From Fidelibacterota bacterium (GTDB taxonomy: Bacteria; Fidelibacterota; Marinisomatia; Marinisomatales; UBA2128): 39,094 bases of DNA. A program made the position numbers and the translations under genes. The stretch is taken from NCBI GenBank assembly GCA_046861645.1, contig JBHHUM010000016.1, positions 1-39,094 on the forward strand, read 5' to 3'. Below the pieces are notes generated by a model. The model was not told the DNA's origin, made no database searches, and saw nothing but the letters and a program-made list of their open reading frames with translations. Positions 24,999 through 35,229 of this stretch are shown here, one piece after another. Numbering within the stretch: the stretch's first letter is position 1; every line of letters starts with the position of its first letter.

Positions 24999-26393
24999 AT
25001 GAAATTTGGGAAGTTCTCAAGTTTTTTGAAGATCAATAAGATGATATTTATTCTGAGTCTTTTCTTAACTCAATTAATCTTCGCCTATCCAGGTTTTGGT
25101 AAAAAAATAAATCCGGTATTAACTCAATCCTGTAATCAATGTCATGTAGCGTTTCCTAAATTACGGCTTTATGGGCGAACTATCAGAGAGATAGGCTATC
25201 AGGTTCCTGTGGCGGAAGTAGAGGATGAGAGCTTGATAAAATCAATTTATCGCTCTGTTCCTATAGGGGTTAGGGGAAAAATATATTTAGCACATACAGA
25301 TAATGGGAAACCTAGACTTGACTTATTGCAGCTTTTAAGTTCAGGTACTGTCTTCAATAACAAAGTCTCCTGGTGGTATCATAAACATCTTTATGATGTA
25401 GAAGGTGATAAAGATAACAAAGTTATTGATAGTGATAAATTTGTCCCTTTAAATGAAGGGCAACCTCATGAATTATGGTTCCAATACAACTATTCTACTG
25501 CCATTAATTTCAGGGCTGGTATGTTCGAATTACCTTTCTGGCTTTCACCGATAAAGACTAAAATTGGGGAATCTGAATATTTATGTCATGAAGCTACTGG
25601 TAATCCAGACATGACTGGAACTTTGGCTTCTCCCCAATTTGGATTAGCAATAAATGGCTATTTAGGCAAGCGTACAACGGAAGATGATTGGGGTGAGGAA
25701 GAGGAGGAAAATTTCATCGAGGGATATAATTATGCCTTTGCGGTAACCAATGGTAAGGCAGAGTTCCCTAAAGGTTTTGATTTTTTGTCTGATAGCGAAG
25801 GATCGAGTATGGACTTAAATACTTTTTTTGGAAGAGTCACTAAAAAGAATTCTTGGTATGCAGTGGGAATATGGGCTCTGACGGGTAAATCAAAAATTGT
25901 TCATGAAGATGATCATGATACAGGTGACATGGATATGCATGGTGAAACAACAGCCAATCAAAGATACTATCGTTTGGGAACGGATTTTGATCTGTATATT
26001 AGAGGAGATGATGTCAATCTTTATGGAGATTTTGTCTATGGTAATGATGTTAACCGGGACTTTATAGGCTGGCTGTTGGGCTATGATAATTTAGTACTAC
26101 CTAAATTATTAGGTTTGATAAGGTGGACCGGGGTTTCATTTCTGAATGGGGATAATCCGTCGGAGATTCATAACGAACATGAGGGAGAGGATGATCATAC
26201 AGAAGGTGGTGGGCATGTTCATGGAGCCATGATCATGGATAATGCCAGTTCTCTCTCAGCTGGAATTTTTTATCTTATCTACAATAACATTCGGCTGGGA
26301 TTTGAATATGAATACCAGTTGTACGGAGATATTGGGAAGGATATTCATGGTAAAGGAGGACAAGGAATTATTCAAATTCAATTTGGTTTCTGA
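24999..26393 (+). CDS. Cyc2-like outer-membrane monoheme cytochrome-porin fusion with His-rich loops
   Basis: Signal peptide; YPGFGKK...SCNQCHVAFPKLRLYGR.IREIGY matches the Cyc2 N-terminal pattern; amphipathic beta strands; C-terminal IQIQFGF beta-signal. Confidence 0.72.
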   Translation: MKFGKFSSFLKINKMIFILSLFLTQLIFAYPGFGKKINPVLTQSCNQCHVAFPKLRLYGRTIREIGYQVPVAEVEDESLIKSIYRSVPIGVRGKIYLAHTDNGKPRLDLLQLLSSGTVFNNKVSWWYHKHLYDVEGDKDNKVIDSDKFVPLNEGQPHELWFQYNYSTAINFRAGMFELPFWLSPIKTKIGESEYLCHEATGNPDMTGTLASPQFGLAINGYLGKRTTEDDWGEEEEENFIEGYNYAFAVTNGKAEFPKGFDFLSDSEGSSMDLNTFFGRVTKKNSWYAVGIWALTGKSKIVHEDDHDTGDMDMHGETTANQRYYRLGTDFDLYIRGDDVNLYGDFVYGNDVNRDFIGWLLGYDNLVLPKLLGLIRWTGVSFLNGDNPSEIHNEHEGEDDHTEGGGHVHGAMIMDNASSLSAGIFYLIYNNIRLGFEYEYQLYGDIGKDIHGKGGQGIIQIQFGF

Positions 26394-26398
26394 TTTAA

Positions 26399-26455
26399 GA
26401 TAAGAACCCTTCACTATCCTAGACACAACATCTAAAGAGGTTAAGGGTTCTTATC
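26399..26455 (+). terminator. Long hairpin after the cyc2-like gene
   Basis: GATAAGAACCCTT...AAGGGTTCTTATC 13-bp inverted repeat 6 nt after the stop. Confidence 0.55.
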
Positions 26456-26609
26456 ATTATTAATGTTAAACGCTTTAAAGCATCAATTTTTTTATTTGGC
26501 TTTTAGGTATTTGATTCCTTGCGGAGTCCTAAATTTCGAGGGCTACAGTTCTTGTCCCAAATTGGACGATTTTATTGTACATTATCGTATCAAGGGAGTT
26601 AATCAGTGT

Positions 26610-27313
26610 ATGTCTGAACCTTCCTGTCAACAAAACGTTGTGCGTAAGCTGGCTGCTATCATGTTTACCGACATTGTGGGCTATACTGCATTGACGGCTC
26701 ATGACGAATAAAAAGCTTTAGAACTTATTGAGACCCAGCGTGCCATCCTCAAACCGATAGTAGCTAAATTTTATGGGGAATGGTTAAAGGAAATTGGTGA
26801 CCACTCTGGAGAAGGAGAATCCATGCACGCTTTTGGTGAACTATATTTAGAGATAGACGAGTATGAGAAATCAGTTAACCATCTTCAACAGGCTGTTGAA
26901 ATTTTAAAGAAATCGGCGCTAAACAAAACGCGCCATTAGCGCAAGCAAAGATAGCGTTAGCGATGGTGAAAAAAGGTGGCGATCCTCAAGAAGTACTGTT
27001 TTATGCTATTGAAGCTGAAGAAGGTTTGAATATTATTGAAGAGGGGAAAATAGCAACCTTATGGTCATTAGCGCGGGTGTACCGGGAACTCGGAAACATA
27101 AAATCATTGAATATTGTTCTTAAAGAATCCCTTTGGAAAGGATTGACAATTGAAGATTGCAGGAGTAAGTATAGGAACTATCTTGAGCTGGCGTATCATG
27201 AGGTGATGGAACAGGCCCAGAAAATAAAGTCCAGGAAATATAGAAACTCTTTTCTTACAAACGTTCATGTAAACAGGGAAGTGATCGCGGCTTGGGAGAA
27301 AATGGGGAATTAA
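26610..27313 (+). pseudogene. Class III adenylate/guanylate cyclase-TPR protein pseudogene
   Basis: RKLAAIMFTDIVGYTAL..HDE* then in-frame KALELI...GEWLKEIGD, joined directly to TPR-like sequence; internal stop, deletion and frameshift. Confidence 0.78.
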
Positions 27314-27467
27314 ACTTGAAAGTACAGCGCACATCAGAAGTGCGTGGCACTTAGCCAAATAAACTAACTTGGGGTGCACTCCGTGATCATCCTTAGTTTC
27401 AACAAATTTTATAAGGGGGAGAATAATTCTTTGTCTGGCGTCTAGCAATTTAATGAGAGTACAGCCT

Positions 27468-27650
27468 ATGTTTGAGGTACTAAAAACAATCATTTCCAAA
27501 ATTGATACCGACTACGCCGATATCCGCTACGAGATCAAAAAGGAAACGGGGATTGTTTTTCATGGGAACGAACTAATTAGCATCAATACTAATTCCATCG
27601 ATGTCAATATCATCAGGACGCTGAAGAATGTCGGTTTAATCCTCTGTTAG
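27468..27650 (+). pseudogene. TldD/PmbA family N-terminal fragment
   Basis: MFEVLK.II.KI.TDYADIRYE....I...G.EL resembles a TldD N-terminus; truncated at about 60 aa. Confidence 0.55.
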
Positions 27651-27814
27651 TAAATTAATTTTAACTATCTTAAGTACTTTTAGTACCAAGACTTTATTAG
27701 ATTGAAGTGCTATTAGAAATGATATTTCATTAGAGGCATTTGTGGCTTCATTCATTTGAATTTTCATAAAGATTATGTAAGATTTTTTGATGCAGTTACT
27801 GAGGTTTGTACACA

Positions 27815-28585
27815 ATGGAGGAGAAAGCCCTTTTGTATTACAAATATATTTTTGTGTTTGAAAACGGTCGTGAGGTTCCGTTTGAAGTGAACCTCAATCC
27901 TGAAACTCTACAATACATTCCGTCAGGAAATCAGGAAATACCCAGTTGGGCTCGATTTAATCATCTTCCCTGTGAGTTGTGTATTGAATATCATGAAAAG
28001 ATGGACTATTGTCCCATTGCTGTAAATATTGCTGAGGTGATCGATGCTTTTCAAGATGTATATTCCTACGACACGGTGGATGTAACTGTGGAAACCGTTG
28101 ACCGTGTCTATTTTAAGGAAAACATCTCCACGCAAAGAGCAGTAAGCTCACTTCTAGGTATTATCATGGTTACTAGTGGGTGTTATGATCTGGATAAATT
28201 GAGACCACTGGTAAAATATCATCTTCCTTTTGCTACTATAGATGAGACCATCTTCCGATCTGTCAGCATGTATCTATTGGCGCAATATTTCCGTTACAAA
28301 AAAAATTTAAAGCCAGATTGGGAAATGAATGAACTGGTTGAGATATATAAAAGAATTGACTCAATAAATGCTAATCTGTGTAAACGTTTACAGATGGCTT
28401 GCGATAAAGATTCCAGTCTTAACGCCGTAGTAGTATTGGATGTATTTGCTAAAATGATACCTATGAGCATTGAAGATACCCTGGTCGATTTTGAGCATCT
28501 TTTTTCTATCTACTTGGATGAAGAAAAGGACCAACTGAAACCTGATGAAAGCGGGGACGAACAGTATAAAGATGAATCAAAGTAA
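27815..28585 (+). CDS. Conserved Cys-containing hypothetical protein (DUF6901-like)
   Basis: P.W..F...PC..C......CP.A, V.VET..R.Y.K, SLLG..M.TSGC, HLPFA...ET..R; family name from memory. Confidence 0.65.
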   Translation: MEEKALLYYKYIFVFENGREVPFEVNLNPETLQYIPSGNQEIPSWARFNHLPCELCIEYHEKMDYCPIAVNIAEVIDAFQDVYSYDTVDVTVETVDRVYFKENISTQRAVSSLLGIIMVTSGCYDLDKLRPLVKYHLPFATIDETIFRSVSMYLLAQYFRYKKNLKPDWEMNELVEIYKRIDSINANLCKRLQMACDKDSSLNAVVVLDVFAKMIPMSIEDTLVDFEHLFSIYLDEEKDQLKPDESGDEQYKDESK

Positions 28586-28659
28586 TGTTCTGCGATTTTC
28601 GTCAATATTATTTATCAGTTATTCAGGTTTCCCCCTTTACAATCTATTGGTGATATCTC

Positions 28660-28890
28660 CTATCACTCTCGTGATCTACAGCATTCTGGGAAGGTAGGTT
28701 CGTAAATGGCAGCCTGCTCACCGTGGTAGGTAGCAGAAGCAGGATGCAAAGTACTATTGGGTTGCGCGGAATGGGAGGAAGGATATGGGTAAACTGGCAA
28801 GTTCAAGGGTGTATTTATATCGGATTCAAACTCGTCAAAAGGATGACGGGCAACTTTACGATAACGAAAAAGATGCTATTGTTGCTAGAA
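28660..28890 (+). pseudogene. Remnant of a T9SS/FlgD-like C-terminal sorting domain
   Basis: Fragments in different frames: ITLVIYSILGR*VR, GVYLYRIQT, GNFTITKKMLLL. Confidence 0.55.
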
Positions 28891-29019
28891 AGATTGAACA
28901 TAAGAAAGTAATCCTCAAGATTTAACAAATCGATGGTGATCATCACATTATTGTTTGACCACACACTTTAAATAATAATTGGAACTATTATTTCTTCATT
29001 TAAATAAACTTCTCACACT

Positions 29020-29870
29020 ATGGAACGCTCCTATTTATCTGTGATTGAAGAACATTTGGATCAATATAGACAGATGGTTTTCGTCGTCGGACCACGACAA
29101 GTGGGTAAGACAACTCTTTGTAGTAGTTTATATAAAGAGCATCATTATTTTGACTGGGATAATCAGGATCATCAGGCACTGACCATAGCTGGACCTAACC
29201 AGATTGCCAGTTAAATGGGACTTGATCGTTTTTCAGAAAAACCTGCAATTGTTGTATTTGATGAAATTCATAAATATTCAAAATGGAAAATTTTTCTTAA
29301 GGGTCTGTTAGATGTATTTAGTCCAAGTTTAATTATTTTAACGGGAAGTTCAAGGCTGGATATTTTTCAACGGGGAGGTGATAGTCTAATGGAACGTTAT
29401 TTCATTTATCACCTACATCCTCTTTCGGTTCGTGAAATTGTACGACCGTTTCTCAAGGATTGTGAGATACAATAACCGCAACAGAACATTCCTGAATCGT
29501 TTCGTTCTCTCTTTTTGTACGGTGGCTTTCCTGAGCCATTTAATAAGAACAACTTGCGCTTTTACAATCGTAGGAAACATTTGAGGAAGCAATTGTTATT
29601 CCGGGAAGATTTACGTGATGTAACCTGAGTTCAAGCAATTCCTCAAATTGAACTACTTGCAGATATTCTTCTACACCAAGCGGGTCAATTGATCAATTAC
29701 TCAACGCTGGTAAAAAATGAGAGTATCTGTTGACACCATCCGCTGCTGGATTAAAAATCCTCGAATCGATGTACTATTCATTCACCATTCAACCGAGGAC
29801 AACGAATATACCGCAATCACTCCTGAAGCAACCTAAAATTTACCTGTGGGACTGGTCAACAGTTTTAAAT
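29020..29870 (+). pseudogene. AAA_14 ATPase/DUF4143 pseudogene
   Basis: GPRQVGKTT, FDEIHKY..WK, TGSSRLD, GGDSL..RY, GGFPEPF, KQPKIYLWDWS; several in-frame stops and frameshifts. Confidence 0.85.
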
Positions 29871-30114
29871 GGCTATGTTCTAAGGATAAACTGATTTGCA
29901 TATTGTTTACACCACCCTGTTGAAATCCGACGGAGTTCATGTTTACCGTGTTCAGTGCCTTTATAGACATACAATCTCCCGACATGAAGTACGGGACTGT
30001 AAGCCTACGGGATTTTTTATTCATATTTAAACTCTTCGCATTGCCGTATTATCTCTCATAATTAGTGAATGTGTTATTCGTGAATTTATTTCTACGCTGA
30101 ATTATCTTGAATAA

Positions 30115-32016
30115 TTGATTGGACTCAACCAATTTTCCGTTCTGATGAATTCCTCACCTTTTACATCTCGTACCTCCAGCCGACTGATTTTCATGCTGAT
30201 TCTCACCATGATCATCAATGATTCCCTTGCTGAAGGTGTGGAAAAGAAGAAAGACTCCCGTTTCCATTTTTTTCAATCCTTTATTTCTGCAGTCAAGAAT
30301 GGGGATAACCGTTTATTTGAAGCCATCGTGCGACCAATGGAGTTTCGACATCCCATCGTTAGCATACCTGCGGAAGGGAGGTATGGCATTGGCTTTTATG
30401 GTTGGAAGAATTATAATCCGTACAACTTTGATCCTAATCTCATTACCTATGTGGATACTACTGAGGATATATTCCAGAATATTGCTCTATCCGGGAGAAT
30501 AGGTTCTTCAATGGAATTCGATGCTGTACAATCTAATCTCTCTTATCTTTTCTTCAAAAAAAGTTATCTGGATGTGTTAGCTGGAATAGGGGTACGTCGC
30601 TCAGCAGTGTTCAATATTCCCTCTGTTGAATTGTCCAAGAGTATGGTTCTTAGTGGCCCCCCAGATGTACCCAGTTCCTGGACAGAAGGAAAAGTATTTA
30701 CCCCTACTTTTCTGGAAGGGAATCTTTCTACGACGGTAATCATGCAATGGCATCCCAAATGGTTTGTTCAATTTCGCTATGGTTATGGGTTGGGTAAGGT
30801 TCAATTTTACCGGAGTGATAGCCTCGAACCGTTCCCATCAGGAAGAGGGGCAACGGCTATGTATGGGGTGGGAATTAAATTTATTCGGGAGTCTGATACT
30901 GCAGCCCGGTATGCCTGGGGTTTTGAATTACGCCACTACTATGCCAAAGTGGACAATATTAATGACCCACAAGGGATCACACCCATTACAGGTATGCAGC
31001 TTCCTCAGGTGGGAATCTACTTCAGTTTTGGTGCCTTTTACGGCGGAAGTAAGACGGTGGGAGATGAGGCCAAGGAGTACTATTTAAATGACGATTATGT
31101 AACAGCTAAAAGGAAGTTCAACCAGTTTATTAATCAACATCCTGGACATGCCCGTGTCCGCCGAGCGAAAAAGTTGATTGAAATTTGTGATGCTCGTATT
31201 CCCCAGCAGCTTTACTCCGAAGGAAAGAGATTGGAAGCCAGGGATTTACTGGCGGAAGCTCTTGGTAAATATATAGAAGCCGAGCGAACGGCGGTAGAAC
31301 CATTGAAGAAAAAGCTGCAAATGAAGATCGAGATGATTGCGGGCTTCTACATCGAAATTGCCGATAGCTTATTCCTTTTGGGTCGAGACGACGATGCACT
31401 TAATTATGGGCGACGTGCTGCGTCTATCTCCCTACGTGGAGAGGATTTCTTACGACAGTTAGAAGCTCGAATCATCATGCGTCAGGGAGAAGAACTTGCC
31501 TCCCATGGTGTCTACTCCCTGGCACTGGAAAAGTACTCTAAAGCCTTGAGTATGGCTCCAGAATTTCGGAATGAGATCCGTGGTCTGGAGTTGCAGACGG
31601 CGGTGGGTATGCTGGCTGATGTAAATCAGGCTCAGGATGAAGCGGGGTTGCGATTGGCAGTTCTCTCTCTCTACCGAGCCCAGGAGATTCTGGGAAAGAA
31701 GGATGAAGAAATGGAAAATATCCGCTCTCAACTGGAAGCCCAGTTACTGAGATTGGATGCCCTTAAAGTTAATCAGTTGAAGGAATCCTATGCCAACGAG
31801 GCTCGTGTGCAGATTGCTTTGCGCCACCTGCCGAAAGTTGAATTGGGGATGTTGGTTTCTGAGGTGAGCGATATTTTAGGCGAGCCGGAAGAGATCATTG
31901 AAAAAGTGGATGAGAAGGGACGGAATTATCAACTATGGATTTACCATTTTCCTGAACGGGGAGAAGCCTATTTTTCTTTCGAAGATTTTGTACTTTTCAA
32001 GATTGAAGAGAAGTAA
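30115..32016 (+). CDS. Exported hypothetical protein: beta-rich N-terminal half, TPR repeats, C-terminal SmpA/BamE-like domain
   Basis: 633-aa ORF (start uncertain); signal-like LIFMLILTMII; aromatic alternating strands; TPRs; GM..SEV..ILGEP...WIY tail. Confidence 0.65.
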   Translation: MIGLNQFSVLMNSSPFTSRTSSRLIFMLILTMIINDSLAEGVEKKKDSRFHFFQSFISAVKNGDNRLFEAIVRPMEFRHPIVSIPAEGRYGIGFYGWKNYNPYNFDPNLITYVDTTEDIFQNIALSGRIGSSMEFDAVQSNLSYLFFKKSYLDVLAGIGVRRSAVFNIPSVELSKSMVLSGPPDVPSSWTEGKVFTPTFLEGNLSTTVIMQWHPKWFVQFRYGYGLGKVQFYRSDSLEPFPSGRGATAMYGVGIKFIRESDTAARYAWGFELRHYYAKVDNINDPQGITPITGMQLPQVGIYFSFGAFYGGSKTVGDEAKEYYLNDDYVTAKRKFNQFINQHPGHARVRRAKKLIEICDARIPQQLYSEGKRLEARDLLAEALGKYIEAERTAVEPLKKKLQMKIEMIAGFYIEIADSLFLLGRDDDALNYGRRAASISLRGEDFLRQLEARIIMRQGEELASHGVYSLALEKYSKALSMAPEFRNEIRGLELQTAVGMLADVNQAQDEAGLRLAVLSLYRAQEILGKKDEEMENIRSQLEAQLLRLDALKVNQLKESYANEARVQIALRHLPKVELGMLVSEVSDILGEPEEIIEKVDEKGRNYQLWIYHFPERGEAYFSFEDFVLFKIEEK

Positions 32017-32081
32017 TATAGTTTATGGTTAAGATAGGGTAGAAATCCTCTCTATTTACAAAAGAGTTGACTACAAACTAT

Positions 32082-33221
32082 TCACATTAGATGAGCATTA
32101 TTGATTGCCCAGACGCACTCTTTGAACACTACGCGAATAATTCCCGCAGCAGGGACCGCCACCAACATCCCGACAGCTCCCATTACATTGGCACCCACCA
32201 GTAGCGCAATGATAACCAACATGGGGTGCATCCCCACCTTTTCACCCACTACTTTAGGTGTTACCAGGTTATTATCAATCTGCTGTACAATAATGAACAT
32301 CAGGATGATGTCAAGAATAAAGAAGGGTGATGGAATAGGGATGAAATTGAAAAGGGTATGTGAGATAGCTGTTTCATTTTGAAGGTTGTCCATAACTGCC
32401 ACCAGGATTGCGGGAACCATCCCGGCAAAAGGTCCTACCATGGGAATCAGGTTAGCTATTCCAGCTATGATACCGATAAAAATAATGAGAGACAGATTGG
32501 CATTAAACAAAGTGTTTAACAACCAAAGTCCCAAAATAGACAATATAGCTACACTGGTAGCTGCGAGGAGTTGACCTTGAAGATAACCACTCACATGCTT
32601 TTCAATATTACGTACCAGACGGAGTCCCATTTCGAAATAACGATTGGGGACAAAAGTCATCATGGTTCTCTTGAAGCGATGGTATTCATATAACATGATG
32701 ATCGTAAAAATTAAAAGCATTGCTGAAAAGAAAATCAACTTTGCCAGGCTGGAAGTTAGTTGTCCTAAACTGCTGAGAACAGTATCCACGAAACTGCCGA
32801 TCTTATCGGCACTCTGAGACACGTCGGTACTGCTTTCCAGAATATTTTGGGCAAAACCAGGTAGCTTTTCAACCACTGAAGATCGGAGATCTTCAATCGC
32901 TTGAACTAAACCTTCTTTATCAAACTGCTCATAACTGGTGATAGCTTCTTGGGAAAGCTGCACCCCGAAACTACCTAAAAAGAGTCCCATCCCCCCCAGA
33001 AGCATGACCACCGTAATTAGGACGGCTAATGCTCGGCTTTTTATCTTGCCTTCCAACCAATCTACGAACGGTAATAGAACTGTGGTGAAAAGAAAGGCCA
33101 AAACTAAAAGCAGTAGTACATTTGAGATGTAGGGCCAGATGAGATAAAGACAGAAGAGTCCTACGATTAGCAGGGTTAAATGATAAAATTTCAGCAGAGT
33201 ATCCTTGTGATCGATTTCCAC
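32082..33221 (-). CDS. AI-2E family transporter
   Basis: GYLQGQ, AGIANLIPMVGP, VQQIDNNLVTPKVVG..VGMHP. Confidence 0.9.
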   Translation of the reverse strand: MEIDHKDTLLKFYHLTLLIVGLFCLYLIWPYISNVLLLLVLAFLFTTVLLPFVDWLEGKIKSRALAVLITVVMLLGGMGLFLGSFGVQLSQEAITSYEQFDKEGLVQAIEDLRSSVVEKLPGFAQNILESSTDVSQSADKIGSFVDTVLSSLGQLTSSLAKLIFFSAMLLIFTIIMLYEYHRFKRTMMTFVPNRYFEMGLRLVRNIEKHVSGYLQGQLLAATSVAILSILGLWLLNTLFNANLSLIIFIGIIAGIANLIPMVGPFAGMVPAILVAVMDNLQNETAISHTLFNFIPIPSPFFILDIILMFIIVQQIDNNLVTPKVVGEKVGMHPMLVIIALLVGANVMGAVGMLVAVPAAGIIRVVFKECVWAINNAHLM

Positions 33222-33229
33222 TATATTAG

Positions 33230-33718
33230 TCAGGAGCTGGCCTCAGCTAGGAGCTCATTGGTCTTGCGCAGACGTTCCCCAATAACTCCAGCCAGATTCA
33301 GAATGATTTTGACGGCCAGGTCCGGTTTACGCTTGATGAGGGTTTCGAGATCAGGACGGAAAAACCCCAAAAGCTCAGAGTGATCTCTGGCTATCGCATG
33401 AGCGGATCTAGGTTCTTTATCCAGTAAAGAAAGATCACCAAAAAAATCTCCTTCTTCCAGTATGGCCAAGGAATTTTCGTTTTGGTCCAGGATTTCAATG
33501 TTACCTTTGAGAATAATGTACATACCCTCACCAGGTGCATTTCTGCGGAAGACATATTCATCGGGTTGATAGCTGCGATGGTGAACCAGTCGTTTTACCT
33601 GTTCCAGCTCATAGTTATTAAGATTTTCGAAAACAGGGACGTGTTTTAATGCCAGGGCTTCACGGCTCTGTGTTCGGGATTTTCCACTAAAAATATTAGA
33701 CCAGATCGTATTTTCCAC
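33230..33718 (-). CDS. Cyclic nucleotide-binding domain protein
   Basis: PGEGMYIILKG, GDFFGDLSLLDKEPRSA. Confidence 0.9.
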   Translation of the reverse strand: MENTIWSNIFSGKSRTQSREALALKHVPVFENLNNYELEQVKRLVHHRSYQPDEYVFRRNAPGEGMYIILKGNIEILDQNENSLAILEEGDFFGDLSLLDKEPRSAHAIARDHSELLGFFRPDLETLIKRKPDLAVKIILNLAGVIGERLRKTNELLAEASS

Positions 33719-33993
33719 AGTGTTATCCTCCCTCGGAAACGGTGAGTGAGAAAAATAGTGAGAGAGTTCAGAATTATCAAGATAATTAGCCTGTATTAAA
33801 TAAATGATGGGTCAACAGTTGAGCATGAAAAGCAGTAGAGGGAAAAGCTATGACTGCAAGTACATTATTTCTTAGTTATGATTAGTACTACTAACTTCGA
33901 TAGATTACTTAACAATGAATGGCTTCCGACATCAGAAAATCTTCATAAAATTCTTCAGCATGAAAGATAACTCAGACAATACTATGAAAACGA

Positions 33994-35229
33994 TTGCCAC
34001 TGACAACTTCTTCCACCTATTTTCCCGTCGTGAAAACTGTTGGAATAATACTTCTTGTTCTATGTGTATTGATGGCACCGGGGACAACGTACGCTCAAGC
34101 GGAGGATATCGATGAAGATATCAAGTTTCACTCCAGAGAGCTGGATAAACTCCGGCAGGAGATTGAAGACTTTCACAATCGCATCAAGAGTACTGCTGAC
34201 CAGGAAAAAAGTGCTGTCAGAAAAATACAGGAGTTAGACGAGGAGATTGCACTGGTGCGAAACCTCTTATACCGCTTGCGGAAAGAAAAAAAGTCAAAAG
34301 TTAAAGCCATAGCCAAAGCTGAAGCTCTTATTATTGAAAAAGAGAAAGAATTTGATGCCCTTCGAGATCGCTATTCCCGCAGGGTGGTGGATACCTACAA
34401 AACCGGTAGGCCTACTGAATTAGAGATGATCGTCAACCGTCAAAGCTGGCAAGATCGTGTCTATCGGGAAGAGTATCTCCAGGTTATATCACAATATGAC
34501 CGTGAACTGGCTTCCCAAATGAAGAACACTATTATTGAAATAAATAGTGAGAAAAACTCTCTGGAAAGGGCTCTGATTGATATTAAGCGGATTGATGCCG
34601 AGAAGACCGCCCAGAAAGCGTGGCTGGAGAAAAAGAGAAATATGCGCAATCGGGAACTCGTTAATCTCAAAAGGAGCAAAAAGGAGCTATATCAAGAATT
34701 AGAAGACCGCCAGGAAGCAGCCCGGCAGATGGAAGCAATAATCGCCCGGCTCGAAAGGGAGAAAGAGGAACGCATGAAGGAGCTGGAGCGGCGGCGACGT
34801 GAAGATGCCCTCCTGGCAGCGGGTGAATTCTCGGCCATGAAAGGATCTCTTCCCTGGCCAGTAGAAGGATCAATTGTATCTCGTTTTGGAAGTCATAAAA
34901 ATCCAAAATTAAAGACTGTCACAGAAAATACAGGTGTGGATATTGGAACTAAAGTGGGCAGTGAAGTGCACGCAGTGTTCAGTGGTATAGTCACAACAGT
35001 GACCTATATTAGAGGATATGGTAACACCGTCATTATTGATCATGGCAGCGGGTTCTACACGGTATATACTCATGTGGAAGATGTAGAAGTGGTAGAAAAT
35101 GCTTATGTAAGTGCCAGGCAAGTTATTGCCCATGTAAGTTCTCCTGATATAGGTAGTCCCAAGCTGCATTTTGAGATATGGGGTAACCGTAAGAAACTCA
35201 ATCCAGAACATTGGTTGGGCAAAGGATGA
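33994..35229 (+). CDS. EnvC-like murein hydrolase activator (coiled coil plus degenerate M23 domain)
   Basis: Long coiled coil; KGSLPWPVEG, NTGVDI (first Zn-ligand His missing), GYGN.VIIDHG, LHFEIW; start uncertain. Confidence 0.85.
   Translation: MPLTTSSTYFPVVKTVGIILLVLCVLMAPGTTYAQAEDIDEDIKFHSRELDKLRQEIEDFHNRIKSTADQEKSAVRKIQELDEEIALVRNLLYRLRKEKKSKVKAIAKAEALIIEKEKEFDALRDRYSRRVVDTYKTGRPTELEMIVNRQSWQDRVYREEYLQVISQYDRELASQMKNTIIEINSEKNSLERALIDIKRIDAEKTAQKAWLEKKRNMRNRELVNLKRSKKELYQELEDRQEAARQMEAIIARLEREKEERMKELERRRREDALLAAGEFSAMKGSLPWPVEGSIVSRFGSHKNPKLKTVTENTGVDIGTKVGSEVHAVFSGIVTTVTYIRGYGNTVIIDHGSGFYTVYTHVEDVEVVENAYVSARQVIAHVSSPDIGSPKLHFEIWGNRKKLNPEHWLGKG

Noticed and set aside
29833..30024. 63-aa minus-strand ORF and an imperfect hairpin near 29970-30000
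   Set aside because: No recognisable motif; the hairpin is weak and has no second copy in the window.
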